From positions 128,001-192,000 of the forward strand of contig CAVUZH010000022.1 in assembly GCA_963745835.1 (NCBI GenBank): a stretch of 64,000 nt of DNA, given 5' to 3'. The first letter of the stretch is position 1, and each line of letters opens with the position of its first letter. Positions 27,169 to 37,093 of the stretch are shown in pieces. A program made the translations under genes and the position numbers. Origin of the DNA: an uncultured delta proteobacterium (GTDB lineage Bacteria; Desulfobacterota; Binatia; UBA9968). Below the pieces are notes generated by a model, which saw only the letters and a program-made list of their open reading frames with translations, was not told where the DNA came from and did not search any database.

Positions 27169-28608
27169 TTACTTCTTGCCGTTGGTGCTGAACAGTTCTG
27201 CGCCCCACTTTTTAGCCGTCGCATCCAGCACTTCCTTACTCGACTCCGCAACCGGAGGAAAATCTTTCATCCACTCATACGGCCGGGTGGCATCGATGAT
27301 TGCGCGAGAGTTAAAGCCTTTCTTGGTCGGGTGAATCACCGGATCGAGCGGGCCGCTCCAACAGCGCCGCAGAATATCGATGTCTTGCTCGGGTTCGCAA
27401 CGAGTCGACATCGCCCAAATCATGTCGTCGGTGTTTGATGGATCAATATCATCATCAACAACGACGACGAAGCGGCCGAGATACGCTCCCGCGTGACACT
27501 GCGAGGCAATAACCGCGGCCTGCTTGGCATGGCCCGGATAGCGTTGCTTGATGGAAACACACATCATCAATCGGCTACCGCCGGAAACTGTAAGCCACAC
27601 GCCCTTCACATCCGGCACACCAGCTTTTTCCATTTCATCCCAGATAAGAGCCGATCGGAGGTACGAACGGTACCATCCCAACTCTGCGGGCGGTCGCCCC
27701 GGAGGCGAACCGAGAATGATCGGGTCGTTGCGGTGATAAAGCCGCTTTACCTCGACCCACGGTTCGGCGCGTTCTGCGCTGGCATAGTAGCCGGTCCACT
27801 CGCCGAACGGCCCTTCTACCGTCGGATTATCGAAATGAACGTCACCCTCGACCACGATCTCGGCATTGGCCGGAATCGGCAGTCCGGAATACTCGCCTTC
27901 GATCATTTCGAAGGGTTCGCCGCGCAACCCGCCAATAAACTCATATTCAGGCACACCGTATGGCACTTCGATGCTGCCTGCGAGAAAAGTTAGGGGATCA
28001 TGCCCGAACGACATGGCAATCTTGAAAGGCTTGCCGTTGGCGGCGTACTTTTCCCGCTGAATGCGGCCGTGCTTGCCGGGCGAGATGTAAAATCCCAACT
28101 TGTTCTTGTCGTGGATCATCACCCGGTAAGTACCGTAATTGACCCAGCCCTCATCGGGATCGCGGGTAATATCGACGCTGCCGGTGCCTATATAACGACC
28201 GCCGTCTTTGTCGTGCCAAAATGGCGTCGGAAATTTAAACATGTCGATATCGCCGTCCTTGTAAACGTTATCGAACAGCGCGCTTTTCTTGACGAACTTT
28301 GCCGGTACCGGCTTGATGCTTTTGTAATTGTCTTTCCAGATTTTGACGAAATCCATCTTGGTCTCGCCCGAGGGAAGCCCTAATGTGAGCGCCAGCCGCT
28401 TGCGTGACGAAAGCGAGTTGGAAAGTACGCGGTAGCCCTTGGGGTAACCTTTGATGTCTTCGAAAAGCACCGCCGGGCCGTCTTCTTTGTGGGCCACGAG
28501 CTCGGTGATGGCGCCGATCTCGAGGTTCCAGTCGCAACCCTTGAGGGTCTTGAGTTCGCCCATTTCATCCGCGATTTGGATCCAATCTCTAAGATCCTGA
28601 TATTCCAT
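27169..28608 (-). CDS. UbiD-family decarboxylase (second paralogue)
   Basis: DGGRYIGT, NYGTYR, EIVVEG, EGPFGEWTGYY, VVDDDID, IIDATRP. Confidence 0.93.
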   Translation of the reverse strand: MEYQDLRDWIQIADEMGELKTLKGCDWNLEIGAITELVAHKEDGPAVLFEDIKGYPKGYRVLSNSLSSRKRLALTLGLPSGETKMDFVKIWKDNYKSIKPVPAKFVKKSALFDNVYKDGDIDMFKFPTPFWHDKDGGRYIGTGSVDITRDPDEGWVNYGTYRVMIHDKNKLGFYISPGKHGRIQREKYAANGKPFKIAMSFGHDPLTFLAGSIEVPYGVPEYEFIGGLRGEPFEMIEGEYSGLPIPANAEIVVEGDVHFDNPTVEGPFGEWTGYYASAERAEPWVEVKRLYHRNDPIILGSPPGRPPAELGWYRSYLRSALIWDEMEKAGVPDVKGVWLTVSGGSRLMMCVSIKQRYPGHAKQAAVIASQCHAGAYLGRFVVVVDDDIDPSNTDDMIWAMSTRCEPEQDIDILRRCWSGPLDPVIHPTKKGFNSRAIIDATRPYEWMKDFPPVAESSKEVLDATAKKWGAELFSTNGKK

Positions 28609-28761
28609 TGATACCTCCTAAGTTTTCTCGGTAGACGAAGCTATGAAGACGCTCGGCTTGTAACTCAGACCTTAACGAAATTTCCCAGAACGGTCAAGAA
28701 GTCGATAACGTCGGAATCACGAGTAGTTATAATTGAAAACAACGGCTGATCATGCTACCCC

Positions 28762-29247
28762 TTGTGTGTGTCGGGGAAGCTCAAAAGCCTTGAGGAGATC
28801 AAGGCAATCGTCGTCGACGCGCGCACCAACGGCAAGAAAGTAGCTTTCACCAATGGGTGCTTCGATTTGCTTCACCGAGGACATGTGCATGTTCTAAGGG
28901 CAGCAAGAGCTTGCGCAGATCTGCTGATCGTCGGCATTAACAGCGATCAATCCGTCAAACAGATCAAGGGTCCCACGCGTCCGGTGCTGCCGGAATCGGA
29001 CCGCTGCGAGTTATTGGGCGCGATGGAAATGGTCGACTTCGTTATCCTATTTAACGAGCCGGACCCTCATAATCTGATCTCGGCCATACGGCCCGATGTG
29101 CTGGTTAAAGGCGGGGATTGGAACACCGAGAAGATCATCGGCGCGGACAATGTAGAGGAAGCAGGCGGTAGAGTAGTGGTCGTTCCCTATATAAAGGGTT
29201 TTTCAACAACAGAAATAATCGAGAGGATAAAGAACTCAGATGGCTAG
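28762..29247 (+). CDS. rfaE2: D-glycero-beta-D-manno-heptose 1-phosphate adenylyltransferase
   Basis: [35 protein letters not shown]. Confidence 0.93.
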   Translation: MCVSGKLKSLEEIKAIVVDARTNGKKVAFTNGCFDLLHRGHVHVLRAARACADLLIVGINSDQSVKQIKGPTRPVLPESDRCELLGAMEMVDFVILFNEPDPHNLISAIRPDVLVKGGDWNTEKIIGADNVEEAGGRVVVVPYIKGFSTTEIIERIKNSDG

Positions 29248-29431
29248 AATTTGCTCCCTATGCGGCAAAGGTCGCTCGGTCGGAAACAGTGTCAGCCACG
29301 CCAACAACAAAACTAAGCGCACCTGGCGTCCGAACTTGCAGCGCGTTAAGGGCAACTTTGACGGTCAAGTTAAACGCGCATTGGTATGCACTGATTGCAT
29401 CCATTCAGGCCGGGTTCAAAAAGTCGCCTGA
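29240..29431 (+). CDS. rpmB: 50S ribosomal protein L28 (Zn-ribbon type)
   Basis: [10 protein letters not shown]...[20 protein letters not shown]...VCTDC. Confidence 0.97.
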   Translation: MARICSLCGKGRSVGNSVSHANNKTKRTWRPNLQRVKGNFDGQVKRALVCTDCIHSGRVQKVA

Positions 29432-29449
29432 CGTTTAAACATAGGAGCC

Positions 29450-31663
29450 TTACTGAACTTCTGCTTTCGCTGCCTGATCTCTTTCCGGCGTACCGCCGGT
29501 GCGACCGCGCGCGCGAACCGCTTTATAGACTCCATTCACTTTCAAGATGTTCTGCAGCACCTCTTTTAGGTGCTCGGAGTTCTTGATCATGACCTCGAAG
29601 GTGTTCACTGCTTTTTGTCCCGTGAACGTTCGAATCTGAGCGCGCGCAATATTGGCTTTGGCGCTGGTGATCGCGGCGCTAATTGCGGCTAATAGGCCGG
29701 GCTGATCCACGCAACTCACTTCGATCTTCACCGGACGAGGCGCCTGAACATTTTCTTCCCAGGTAACCTCAATTTTGCGGTGGGGATCGCTCTCAAGAAT
29801 GGTCGGGCAGCCGACGGTATGAACGGTGACGCCCCTGCCGCGGGTTATAAAGCCGACGATGTGTTCTCCGGGTAGCGGATGGCAGCACAAAGCGAACCGA
29901 ACCAGCACGTCGTCGATCCCTTTGACGCGAATCCCGAGATGCTTGATTTTTCCTGATGCCAGGCGGAAGAGCCGTTCGAGTGAACTTTCAGGCTGTTTGT
30001 GCCCGGGCTCGAGTTTTTCCGGTGGAACAAGCTTTACTAAAATCTGGCGCGCGGTGATCCGGCCGTAGCCCAGCGCCGCCAATAATGCCTCCTCATCCTT
30101 CAGGCCAAGCTCCTTGGGCAAAACCTGCAGCTTGCCCTGGGTTCTCAAGACTCCGTAATCCATGCCATGCCGATGCAGATCGCTCTCCAAAATTTCCCGC
30201 CCTAGAGCGACGCTGCGCTCGCGCTGCTGCGCCTTAAGCCAATTTCTTATCTTGGATTTGGCCCTTGGTGTCTTGACCAATTTCAACCAGTCCCGGCTCG
30301 GGACCTGCTGAGGCGTCGTGATGATTTCGACAGTGTCGCCGCTACGTAAAATGTACTTTAACGAAACCAGTTGGCCGTTAACCCTGGCTCCGGAGCAGTG
30401 CAGCCCTATGTCGGAGTGAATGCGGTAAGCGAAATCGATAACCGTCGAGCCCTTAGGGAAGTTGAGCAAATCACCTTTAGGCGTAAAAACATAAAGCCCT
30501 TCGGAAAAAAGGTCATCTTTCAAGCTATGCAGAAACTCCTGCGGATCTTGCAGATTCTGTTGCCATTCTAGCAGCTGACGCAGCCAGGTGTATCGTTGTA
30601 TGTCGCTGACGTGGAAATCTTCTCCTTCTTTATAGCGCCAGTGCGCTGCGATGCCTTCTTCCGCCACTCGATGCATTTCGTGGGTTCGGATTTGAATTTC
30701 CATTCTTTCACCGTACGGACCGATAACACTGGTGTGCAGCGATTGATACATATTCGGTTTAGGCACCGCGATATAGTCTTTAAACCGCCCTGAAACGGGA
30801 CGCCAATGCGAATGGATGATACCCAATGCTTCGTAAGCTTCTCTCGGAGTGTCCACTAGAACCCGAAACCCGACCAGATCGTAGATTTGATCGTAGAGCA
30901 AATTCTGACTCTCCATCTTCTGGTAAATACTGAAGAAGTGTTTGGGCCTGCCGGTCACATCGGCCTCGATCCCTTCGGACTCGAGTTTGCGCGCAATGAC
31001 TGAAATCACTTCTTCGATATATTTTTCTCGGTCGGTTTTCTTCCTGGCGACATTGCGCTTAAGCTGATGATAGATCTCGGGATGCAAGTACTTGAGCGAC
31101 AAGTCCTCCAGTTCGGTTTTGATCCAGGCGATGCCCAGTCGATGCGCCATCGGCGCATAAATATCCAGACTTTCTTGCGCCGTCAGGATCTGCTTGTCGG
31201 GCGGCATGTGATCGAGCGTCCGCATGTTGTGAACACGATCGGCGAGCTTGATGAGAATGACCCGAACATCCTTCCCCATGGCACCGAGCATCTTGCGAAA
31301 GTTCTCTGCTTGTTTCTCTTCGCGGCTGCTAAAGTTGGTCCGGCTCAGTTTGGTGACGCCATCAACTAGAGCCGTAATTTCCTTGCCGAAGATGCTTTTG
31401 AGCTCATCGAGGCTCGTCAAGGTATCCTCGACCGTGTCATGCAGCAAACCACCGACGATGCTGGGCTCATCGAGCTTCAAGTCGCTGATGATGCTGGCTA
31501 CGGCCAGAGGGTGAATTAGATAAGGCTCACCTGAGGCTCTTTTCTGCCCCTGATGAACTTTGGCGGAGAATTCGTAGGCCTTGCGGATGACCTCCACGTC
31601 AGCGGCGGGATGATACGACCGGACCTTCTCAATCACGTCGCCAATCTTGATGTCCTTACTCAT
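29450..31663 (-). CDS. rel: Bifunctional (p)ppGpp synthetase/hydrolase (Rel/SpoT)
   Basis: Intact HD motif LLHDTVED, RFKD synthetase motif, YQSLHT, TGS (DFAYRIHS), CCHPLPG, ACT domain. Confidence 0.96.
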   Translation of the reverse strand: MSKDIKIGDVIEKVRSYHPAADVEVIRKAYEFSAKVHQGQKRASGEPYLIHPLAVASIISDLKLDEPSIVGGLLHDTVEDTLTSLDELKSIFGKEITALVDGVTKLSRTNFSSREEKQAENFRKMLGAMGKDVRVILIKLADRVHNMRTLDHMPPDKQILTAQESLDIYAPMAHRLGIAWIKTELEDLSLKYLHPEIYHQLKRNVARKKTDREKYIEEVISVIARKLESEGIEADVTGRPKHFFSIYQKMESQNLLYDQIYDLVGFRVLVDTPREAYEALGIIHSHWRPVSGRFKDYIAVPKPNMYQSLHTSVIGPYGERMEIQIRTHEMHRVAEEGIAAHWRYKEGEDFHVSDIQRYTWLRQLLEWQQNLQDPQEFLHSLKDDLFSEGLYVFTPKGDLLNFPKGSTVIDFAYRIHSDIGLHCSGARVNGQLVSLKYILRSGDTVEIITTPQQVPSRDWLKLVKTPRAKSKIRNWLKAQQRERSVALGREILESDLHRHGMDYGVLRTQGKLQVLPKELGLKDEEALLAALGYGRITARQILVKLVPPEKLEPGHKQPESSLERLFRLASGKIKHLGIRVKGIDDVLVRFALCCHPLPGEHIVGFITRGRGVTVHTVGCPTILESDPHRKIEVTWEENVQAPRPVKIEVSCVDQPGLLAAISAAITSAKANIARAQIRTFTGQKAVNTFEVMIKNSEHLKEVLQNILKVNGVYKAVRARGRTGGTPERDQAAKAEVQ

Positions 31664-32310
31664 ACGTTACGAACTTTTGCTTGCCTTCTTAAAGGAGCGA
31701 TTCCCCAAGCTGTAACCCTTGAAATCTTTTGCCTTTCGGCCAAAATAATCGCTTCCAAGGTTCCCACAGCTTCTTCGATATCGCTATTAACTATATAGTA
31801 ATCGTACTGAATTACATCCCGGATTTCACGCCGGGCATTGGCCAAGCGCCGGCGGATGATCGCACGATCATCCGTGGCACGGCCGCCCAATCGCCGCTTC
31901 AATTCGCTCCACGACGGCGGCAGCAAGAAAATCGATACCGCTTCAGGATATTTTCTTTTGATCTGCCGGGCGCCCTGCACGTCGATGTCCAGGAACAGAT
32001 CCCTGCCGCTGGTCATTGCGCGATTCAAGGTCCGCACCGGGGTGCCATAAAAGAAATCATGAACGCTGGCCGATTCGGCGAATTCGCCTTTGGCGGTCAT
32101 CGCCACAAATCTGGCGTGGCTGATAAAATGATAATCGCGTCCATGTGCTTCTCCCGCGCGGGGCGCTCGCGTGGTGTAGGAGACGGAGAGGGAAATATCC
32201 GGGAATCGTTCCAACACTTCGCTGATCACGGTAGTTTTACCCGTTCCTGAAGGCGCCGACAGAATGAAGACGACGCCTTTGCGTTTGTTGATGACCCGGT
32301 TCGTTTTCAT
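31660..32310 (-). CDS. gmk: Guanylate kinase
   Basis: SAPSGTGKTT, TTRAPR, DYHF, DIDVQGA. Confidence 0.96.
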   Translation of the reverse strand: MKTNRVINKRKGVVFILSAPSGTGKTTVISEVLERFPDISLSVSYTTRAPRAGEAHGRDYHFISHARFVAMTAKGEFAESASVHDFFYGTPVRTLNRAMTSGRDLFLDIDVQGARQIKRKYPEAVSIFLLPPSWSELKRRLGGRATDDRAIIRRRLANARREIRDVIQYDYYIVNSDIEEAVGTLEAIILAERQKISRVTAWGIAPLRRQAKVRNV

Positions 32311-33173
32311 TCGACGTTCTGCGTCTGTTCGCGGATTTTTTCGACGCGTTCCTTTCCCTGCAGCACCAACTGAACCACGTCAAGGACAGGGACTTTCGCG
32401 CTGATGGTATTGAGCTCCCGCTGAATCTCCTGGAGAATGAAATCGATCTTTTTTCCTACGGCTTCGGGCGCCCGGAGAATCGTGCCTAACGCAGCTATAT
32501 GTGTTTTAAGCCGCACCACCTCCTCGTTGATGTCGCCTTTGAACACTGCACTACTGGTGTCCACGACTTCATTGCCGAGCTTGGTTGTTGCTTCGTCGCT
32601 CTTTCCTGCCGCCGAGCTTTTAGTCATCGATGGAGCAAACTGATTGGCATGCTTTTCCAAGTCGCTGGCAGCGCTCTTCAAGCGCCGCAGCTGCGACTGC
32701 ATATCGATCCTCAAGTGACGTCCTTCACGGATGCGGGAATCTTCGAGCTTTTGAAGCGCCGATCGGACCGCGGTAAACAGCGCTTGTTTTTCCATTCGCA
32801 GATTGACTTCGGTATCGCGCACACGTAGCAGATCGGGAACGCTGGAGAAAATCGAAACTCCGATTTCACCTTCCAGGTGGAACTTGTTCTTGGCGCGCTG
32901 GATCGCCTTCAGATACTTGCCGAGCAGCTCTTCGTCCAGCTCAACCTCTCGCGCATGACCCGGCGTGGACGTTCTGTTGATGAAAAGCTCGATCCGGCCG
33001 CGGCTGACGGTTTCCCGCAAGCTCTTGCGGATCTCCTCTTCGAAACCGAGATATTCGCGGGGCACTCTTAGCTGAAGATCGAGATGTCTATGATTCAAAC
33101 TTCTCACCTGGACGGTGATCTTAGCATGCTTGTCCTGATGCGAAGCTTCGCCATAGCCCGTCATGCTCTTCAT
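32307..33173 (-). CDS. yicC: YicC/YloC family endoribonuclease
   Basis: MKSMTGYG, SLNHRHLD, DINEEVVRL, GKKIDFILQEIQRELNT, REQTQNVE. Confidence 0.93.
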   Translation of the reverse strand: MKSMTGYGEASHQDKHAKITVQVRSLNHRHLDLQLRVPREYLGFEEEIRKSLRETVSRGRIELFINRTSTPGHAREVELDEELLGKYLKAIQRAKNKFHLEGEIGVSIFSSVPDLLRVRDTEVNLRMEKQALFTAVRSALQKLEDSRIREGRHLRIDMQSQLRRLKSAASDLEKHANQFAPSMTKSSAAGKSDEATTKLGNEVVDTSSAVFKGDINEEVVRLKTHIAALGTILRAPEAVGKKIDFILQEIQRELNTISAKVPVLDVVQLVLQGKERVEKIREQTQNVE

Positions 33174-34162
33174 GGCCGGTCCTTTATGATCCGAGTGAGT
33201 CTGGCCAACGGCACTGCGACTGTGCCGACTTCATCACCGACCAAGCTAGCGGCGTGATTAGCCAGAACCGCCGCCTCTTCGTAACGGGCGCCGGCAGCCA
33301 GCGCCAGCGCGCAAACTGCCACTACTGTGTCTCCGGCTCCGGTGACGTCGAAAACCTCACGCGGTTGAGTTGGAAAATGTTGCGCAGGTTGGCGCGGCCT
33401 AAAGAGACTCATTCCTTCCGGGCCCCGGGTGATTAGAACTGCTTTTGCGCGCCACAGCTGTAGCAAGCGCTGTCCAGCCATCGTCAAGGTCTGGTCATCA
33501 CGAATGGTTACTCCCGACGCAGCGCTAGCTTCGTCTTTGTTGGGCGTTATCAAAGACGCGCGTTGATAGCGCTCATAGTTTTCCCTCTTCGGGTCGATAA
33601 CCAACCGAATTTTTTTATTTGCGGCGAGACTGGCGAGACAATTCAACAACTCTGGGTGAATGACTCCCTTACCGTAATCCGACACCAGGATTCCATCGAA
33701 GCGGCTCGCTTTCCTCATGATGAACCGGCAGATTTTCTCGAGAGTCGCATCTCTGATTGCGGCGTGATTTTCACGGTCCAAACGAACGATTTGCTGATGA
33801 CTTGGACGAGCGATGATTCGCGTTTTTTGAATGCTGTTAACCTCTCGATCGGCAAATACCCCGCTAGTGGATGCGCCAATGCGCTGGAGATCAGCGACTA
33901 ACGTTTTACCCGCCCCGTCCGCGCCCACCACCCCACACGCGGACACCTGTGCCCCCAAACTTCTGACGTTGTGGACCACATTGGCAGCGCCACCCAGGCG
34001 CGAACTTTCTGAACATACCCGCAGTACCGGCACCGGCGCTTCGGGAGAAAGCCTCTCAACCTCGCCCCAAATGAAGCGATCGAGCATGAGATCGCCGACC
34101 ACAAGTAAATGTACTTTGCGAAAATTGTTTAAGATCTCCGCTAATCGCTTGCTGTCAAACAT
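33170..34162 (-). CDS. rfaE1: D-glycero-beta-D-manno-heptose-7-phosphate kinase
   Basis: VVGDLMLD, RLSPEAPVPV, SDYGKG, VFDVTGAGDT. Confidence 0.94.
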   Translation of the reverse strand: MFDSKRLAEILNNFRKVHLLVVGDLMLDRFIWGEVERLSPEAPVPVLRVCSESSRLGGAANVVHNVRSLGAQVSACGVVGADGAGKTLVADLQRIGASTSGVFADREVNSIQKTRIIARPSHQQIVRLDRENHAAIRDATLEKICRFIMRKASRFDGILVSDYGKGVIHPELLNCLASLAANKKIRLVIDPKRENYERYQRASLITPNKDEASAASGVTIRDDQTLTMAGQRLLQLWRAKAVLITRGPEGMSLFRPRQPAQHFPTQPREVFDVTGAGDTVVAVCALALAAGARYEEAAVLANHAASLVGDEVGTVAVPLARLTRIIKDRP

Positions 34163-34184
34163 GGAGGGTCTCTCTCCGACACCT

Positions 34185-35288
34185 TTATGCCGTGCCGTCG
34201 AGCAATGCGTAGTAAAAGGCTTCGTTCTGGCTTGCCATCTGCTCGATGGTGAAATGACTCAAAACCCGCGCTGCCCCTTTCCGTCCCATTGCTCGGGCCA
34301 TGGAGGGATCGGCAACCAGTCTTTCGATAGCATCCGCAAGCGCAACGCCATCTCGGGGCGGCACTAAGAATCCGGTCTCGCCATCGACAATCGATTCGGC
34401 CAGGCCGCCGACCCGAGTTGCTATCACCGGCTTTCCCGCAGCCATTGCTTCAAGCGCCGCCACGCCTAAGCCTTCATACAATGAAGGCAGCACCAGAAGG
34501 TCGATTGAAGACAAAAATTTCGGAACATCTTTAACGAAGCCAACAAAAGATACTTCCTCTCGCAATCCTAATGTCTGCACCATCCTTTGAAGCTGACTTT
34601 TTTGAGAGCCGTCTCCGGCGAATACATATCGAATTCTTCGACCGCGATCTTTAAGCACTCGCGCCGCATCCAACAAGAACCGATGTCCTTTTCGCTCTTC
34701 CAAAACCGCAAGCACTGCAATGACTGCTGAACCGTTGGCGCGCTGCTCGTCACTTGGCAGTTCTCTGAACGGCTGTGGATCGATGCCGCTGTAGATCAAA
34801 CGAATGGAGCGACCACTGACACCGGCCTCCGACAAACAATCCAGAACCGAACGAGAAATGGCGACAACACCATCTACCCGGCGATTATAAAGGTACCGAG
34901 TGTAGTGATTTTTGGGCTCGGGATAATCCATGCGTCGCGTCACAATGTACTTCGGCCTGCGCTCGCCTCGAGGCAGCCACAAAGAGAGCGCATGCGCTCT
35001 CTTTGTGTGGAAATGGACGATGTCGTATCTTTCCTGCCGAATGAGACGCCGGAGCGCGGGAACTGCTCTTATATCCAGATCGTTGCGGACGGTAAGAGGA
35101 ATTTTTCGGACGCCCGTGATAGAGCGCCGAAATAACTCACCATCAGCAGGCGTCGCAAGATCATTGCGGTGGCCCCACTGCGAAAGATTTTGCAGAAGAC
35201 CGACCACCTGCGCCTCCCCACCTCCCCAATTTTTTTCAGGATCGATGTGCAGAATTTTTAGCAAGCGGCTATGACCGCTTCCGCCCAA
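34185..35288 (-). CDS. Glycosyltransferase family 4
   Basis: WGGGEAQ, KGHRFLLDA, EGLGVAALEAMAAGKPVI. Confidence 0.92.
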   Translation of the reverse strand: MGGSGHSRLLKILHIDPEKNWGGGEAQVVGLLQNLSQWGHRNDLATPADGELFRRSITGVRKIPLTVRNDLDIRAVPALRRLIRQERYDIVHFHTKRAHALSLWLPRGERRPKYIVTRRMDYPEPKNHYTRYLYNRRVDGVVAISRSVLDCLSEAGVSGRSIRLIYSGIDPQPFRELPSDEQRANGSAVIAVLAVLEERKGHRFLLDAARVLKDRGRRIRYVFAGDGSQKSQLQRMVQTLGLREEVSFVGFVKDVPKFLSSIDLLVLPSLYEGLGVAALEAMAAGKPVIATRVGGLAESIVDGETGFLVPPRDGVALADAIERLVADPSMARAMGRKGAARVLSHFTIEQMASQNEAFYYALLDGTA

Positions 35289-36108
35289 CTTCCTTTTTCT
35301 CCTTCAGCTCAAGTTCCCAGAGCTTAGCATACTTCAAAAAGACGTACATGGCGGCAGTGACGGCCACATGAAAGCCGGCAAAGCCTTCCATGAAACCTCG
35401 CTTTAAGAAGTAAGAACGAAAGAATCTGAATGCCGGCCGTAGCAAGGCATCGCTCAACCGCCATCGTTGATCTTGCTTGCGGAGTTCCTCGGATGAAATG
35501 GATGTGTATCGATTGATCCGTTGGATATGGTCATCGATATCCCGGTAGGAAAAATGATGCAGTGGGTTTTGCAGGCGGCGCACCGGCCCGTCGACGATTA
35601 TTTTTTCATGGGGATCGGTCCCGCCCCACGTGGCGAAGTCCCTGCGAAACAATCGCACATCATAATCCGGATACCAACCGCCGCGCCGCCACCAGCGGTC
35701 TAGGTAAAACACCAGCCGGGGCACAAGATAACCCGCGTATTTCGCGCCGTCGGTCCTCAATGCTTCACGAATCTCCGTTTGTAGCGCAGCCGTAACCTCT
35801 TCATCGGAATCTACCATCAAGACCCAGTCTTTACTCGTTTGAGAGTGCGCAAATTGCTTCTGATCACGATAACCAGTCCACTTTCGTTGGATAACGATGT
35901 CAGTAAACTGGCGACAAATCTCGAGGGTTCGATCAGTACTGAAAGAATCGACGACAACAATTTCATCGCACCACTTAATGCTTTCCAGACACCGACCAAT
36001 ATTCTCTTCCTCATTGAAGGAGACCACGATTGCTGACACTGGCAATTTCACGGGGAGAAGCTTTCTTAACGAACCGGAGCGAAACTGCGACCTATTTTCA
36101 GGGTTCAC
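35269..36108 (-). CDS. Glycosyltransferase family 2 (WaaE/KdtX-like); start uncertain
   Basis: FNEEENI, VVDSFSTDRT, VDSDE, WYPDY..RLFR, HFSY. Confidence 0.9.
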   Translation of the reverse strand: MNPENRSQFRSGSLRKLLPVKLPVSAIVVSFNEEENIGRCLESIKWCDEIVVVDSFSTDRTLEICRQFTDIVIQRKWTGYRDQKQFAHSQTSKDWVLMVDSDEEVTAALQTEIREALRTDGAKYAGYLVPRLVFYLDRWWRRGGWYPDYDVRLFRRDFATWGGTDPHEKIIVDGPVRRLQNPLHHFSYRDIDDHIQRINRYTSISSEELRKQDQRWRLSDALLRPAFRFFRSYFLKRGFMEGFAGFHVAVTAAMYVFLKYAKLWELELKEKKEVGRKRS

Positions 36109-36205
36109 TCGTCATAACTACAGTGAATGGAGCGAGCCCGCGCATAAACGCGAGCTGGTCCTCCGGGCCACTTATGATTCTGCTCCGTTCCATTTTAGCC
36201 GTCGG

Positions 36206-37084
36206 TCATTTCCATTGAAACTTGTAGAACCAGTACTTCACGGAAAGTGGATATAGGGACACAGCTTTTTCAATCGCCTGGAAGGCGTTCCGATAGAGAC
36301 CGCGCTTCCTACGTTCCTTTGCCAGTCGGTAATATCGATAGGCGATACGGCGGGCGACCTTTTGGCCTCCCAGCAATTTTCTTGCATCAGGATAATTCTT
36401 TAACAGCTTTTCAATCACGCGAATATTTTCGGTCAACCGAAGATCTTCGTTCCTTCCGTCATTGCCGTCGTGCTTACGATAGTCGAACACTGTTTCGTCT
36501 ATGTAACCAACCGGGAAAGTCATCAGAAGCCGGAAAGATAAATCGAGATCCATGCAGATTCTAAGCGACTCGTCATGCCCGCCGATTTCTTCATAAGCAG
36601 ATTTCGAAATCAGGGATGCTTGCAGTCGAACGATGCTTTTCTCAAACAAGTCTTGGAGGTTGACTCCGTCGCGGCCGAGACGTCGGGATTTTCGGACCGG
36701 AATGGTCGTGTCACGCCCATGGTTCGGCCGGCCCAAGTAGGCGCCGTTCGCAAAAACCATCCGGCAATCGGGCTGCGCCGCAACATAAGCGAACAGAACC
36801 TCTAAATGATTCGGCGGAATCTTGAATAGCTATCCATTCTCCGCGCGCGTGACGGACTCCCAAATTTCGAGCAGCCGAAGGCCCGCGGTTTTCCTGACAG
36901 TAAAAGCGCAACCGATCACCATACCGGCGCAAGAGCTCTCGCGTATTATCAGTGGAACCATCATCGACGACGATCAACTCGAAGTCTCGAAATTTTGTGA
37001 GAGAACGCTGTCGATGGTTTCGGCGACATAGTGGGCTCTGTTATAGGTGGCAATGATAACCGAAACAGTTGGCTGGTGGAACAT
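36206..37084 (-). pseudogene. Glycosyltransferase family 2, disrupted by a frameshift near 36993 and an apparent short deletion near 36815
   Basis: MFHQPTVSVIIATYNRAHYVAETIDSVLSQ / FRDFELIVVDDGSTDNT...AIQDS / PNHLEVLFAYV...MVFANG... lie in three frames; the expected DD after QDS is missing. Confidence 0.82.
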
Positions 37085-37093
37085 TGGATTTCG

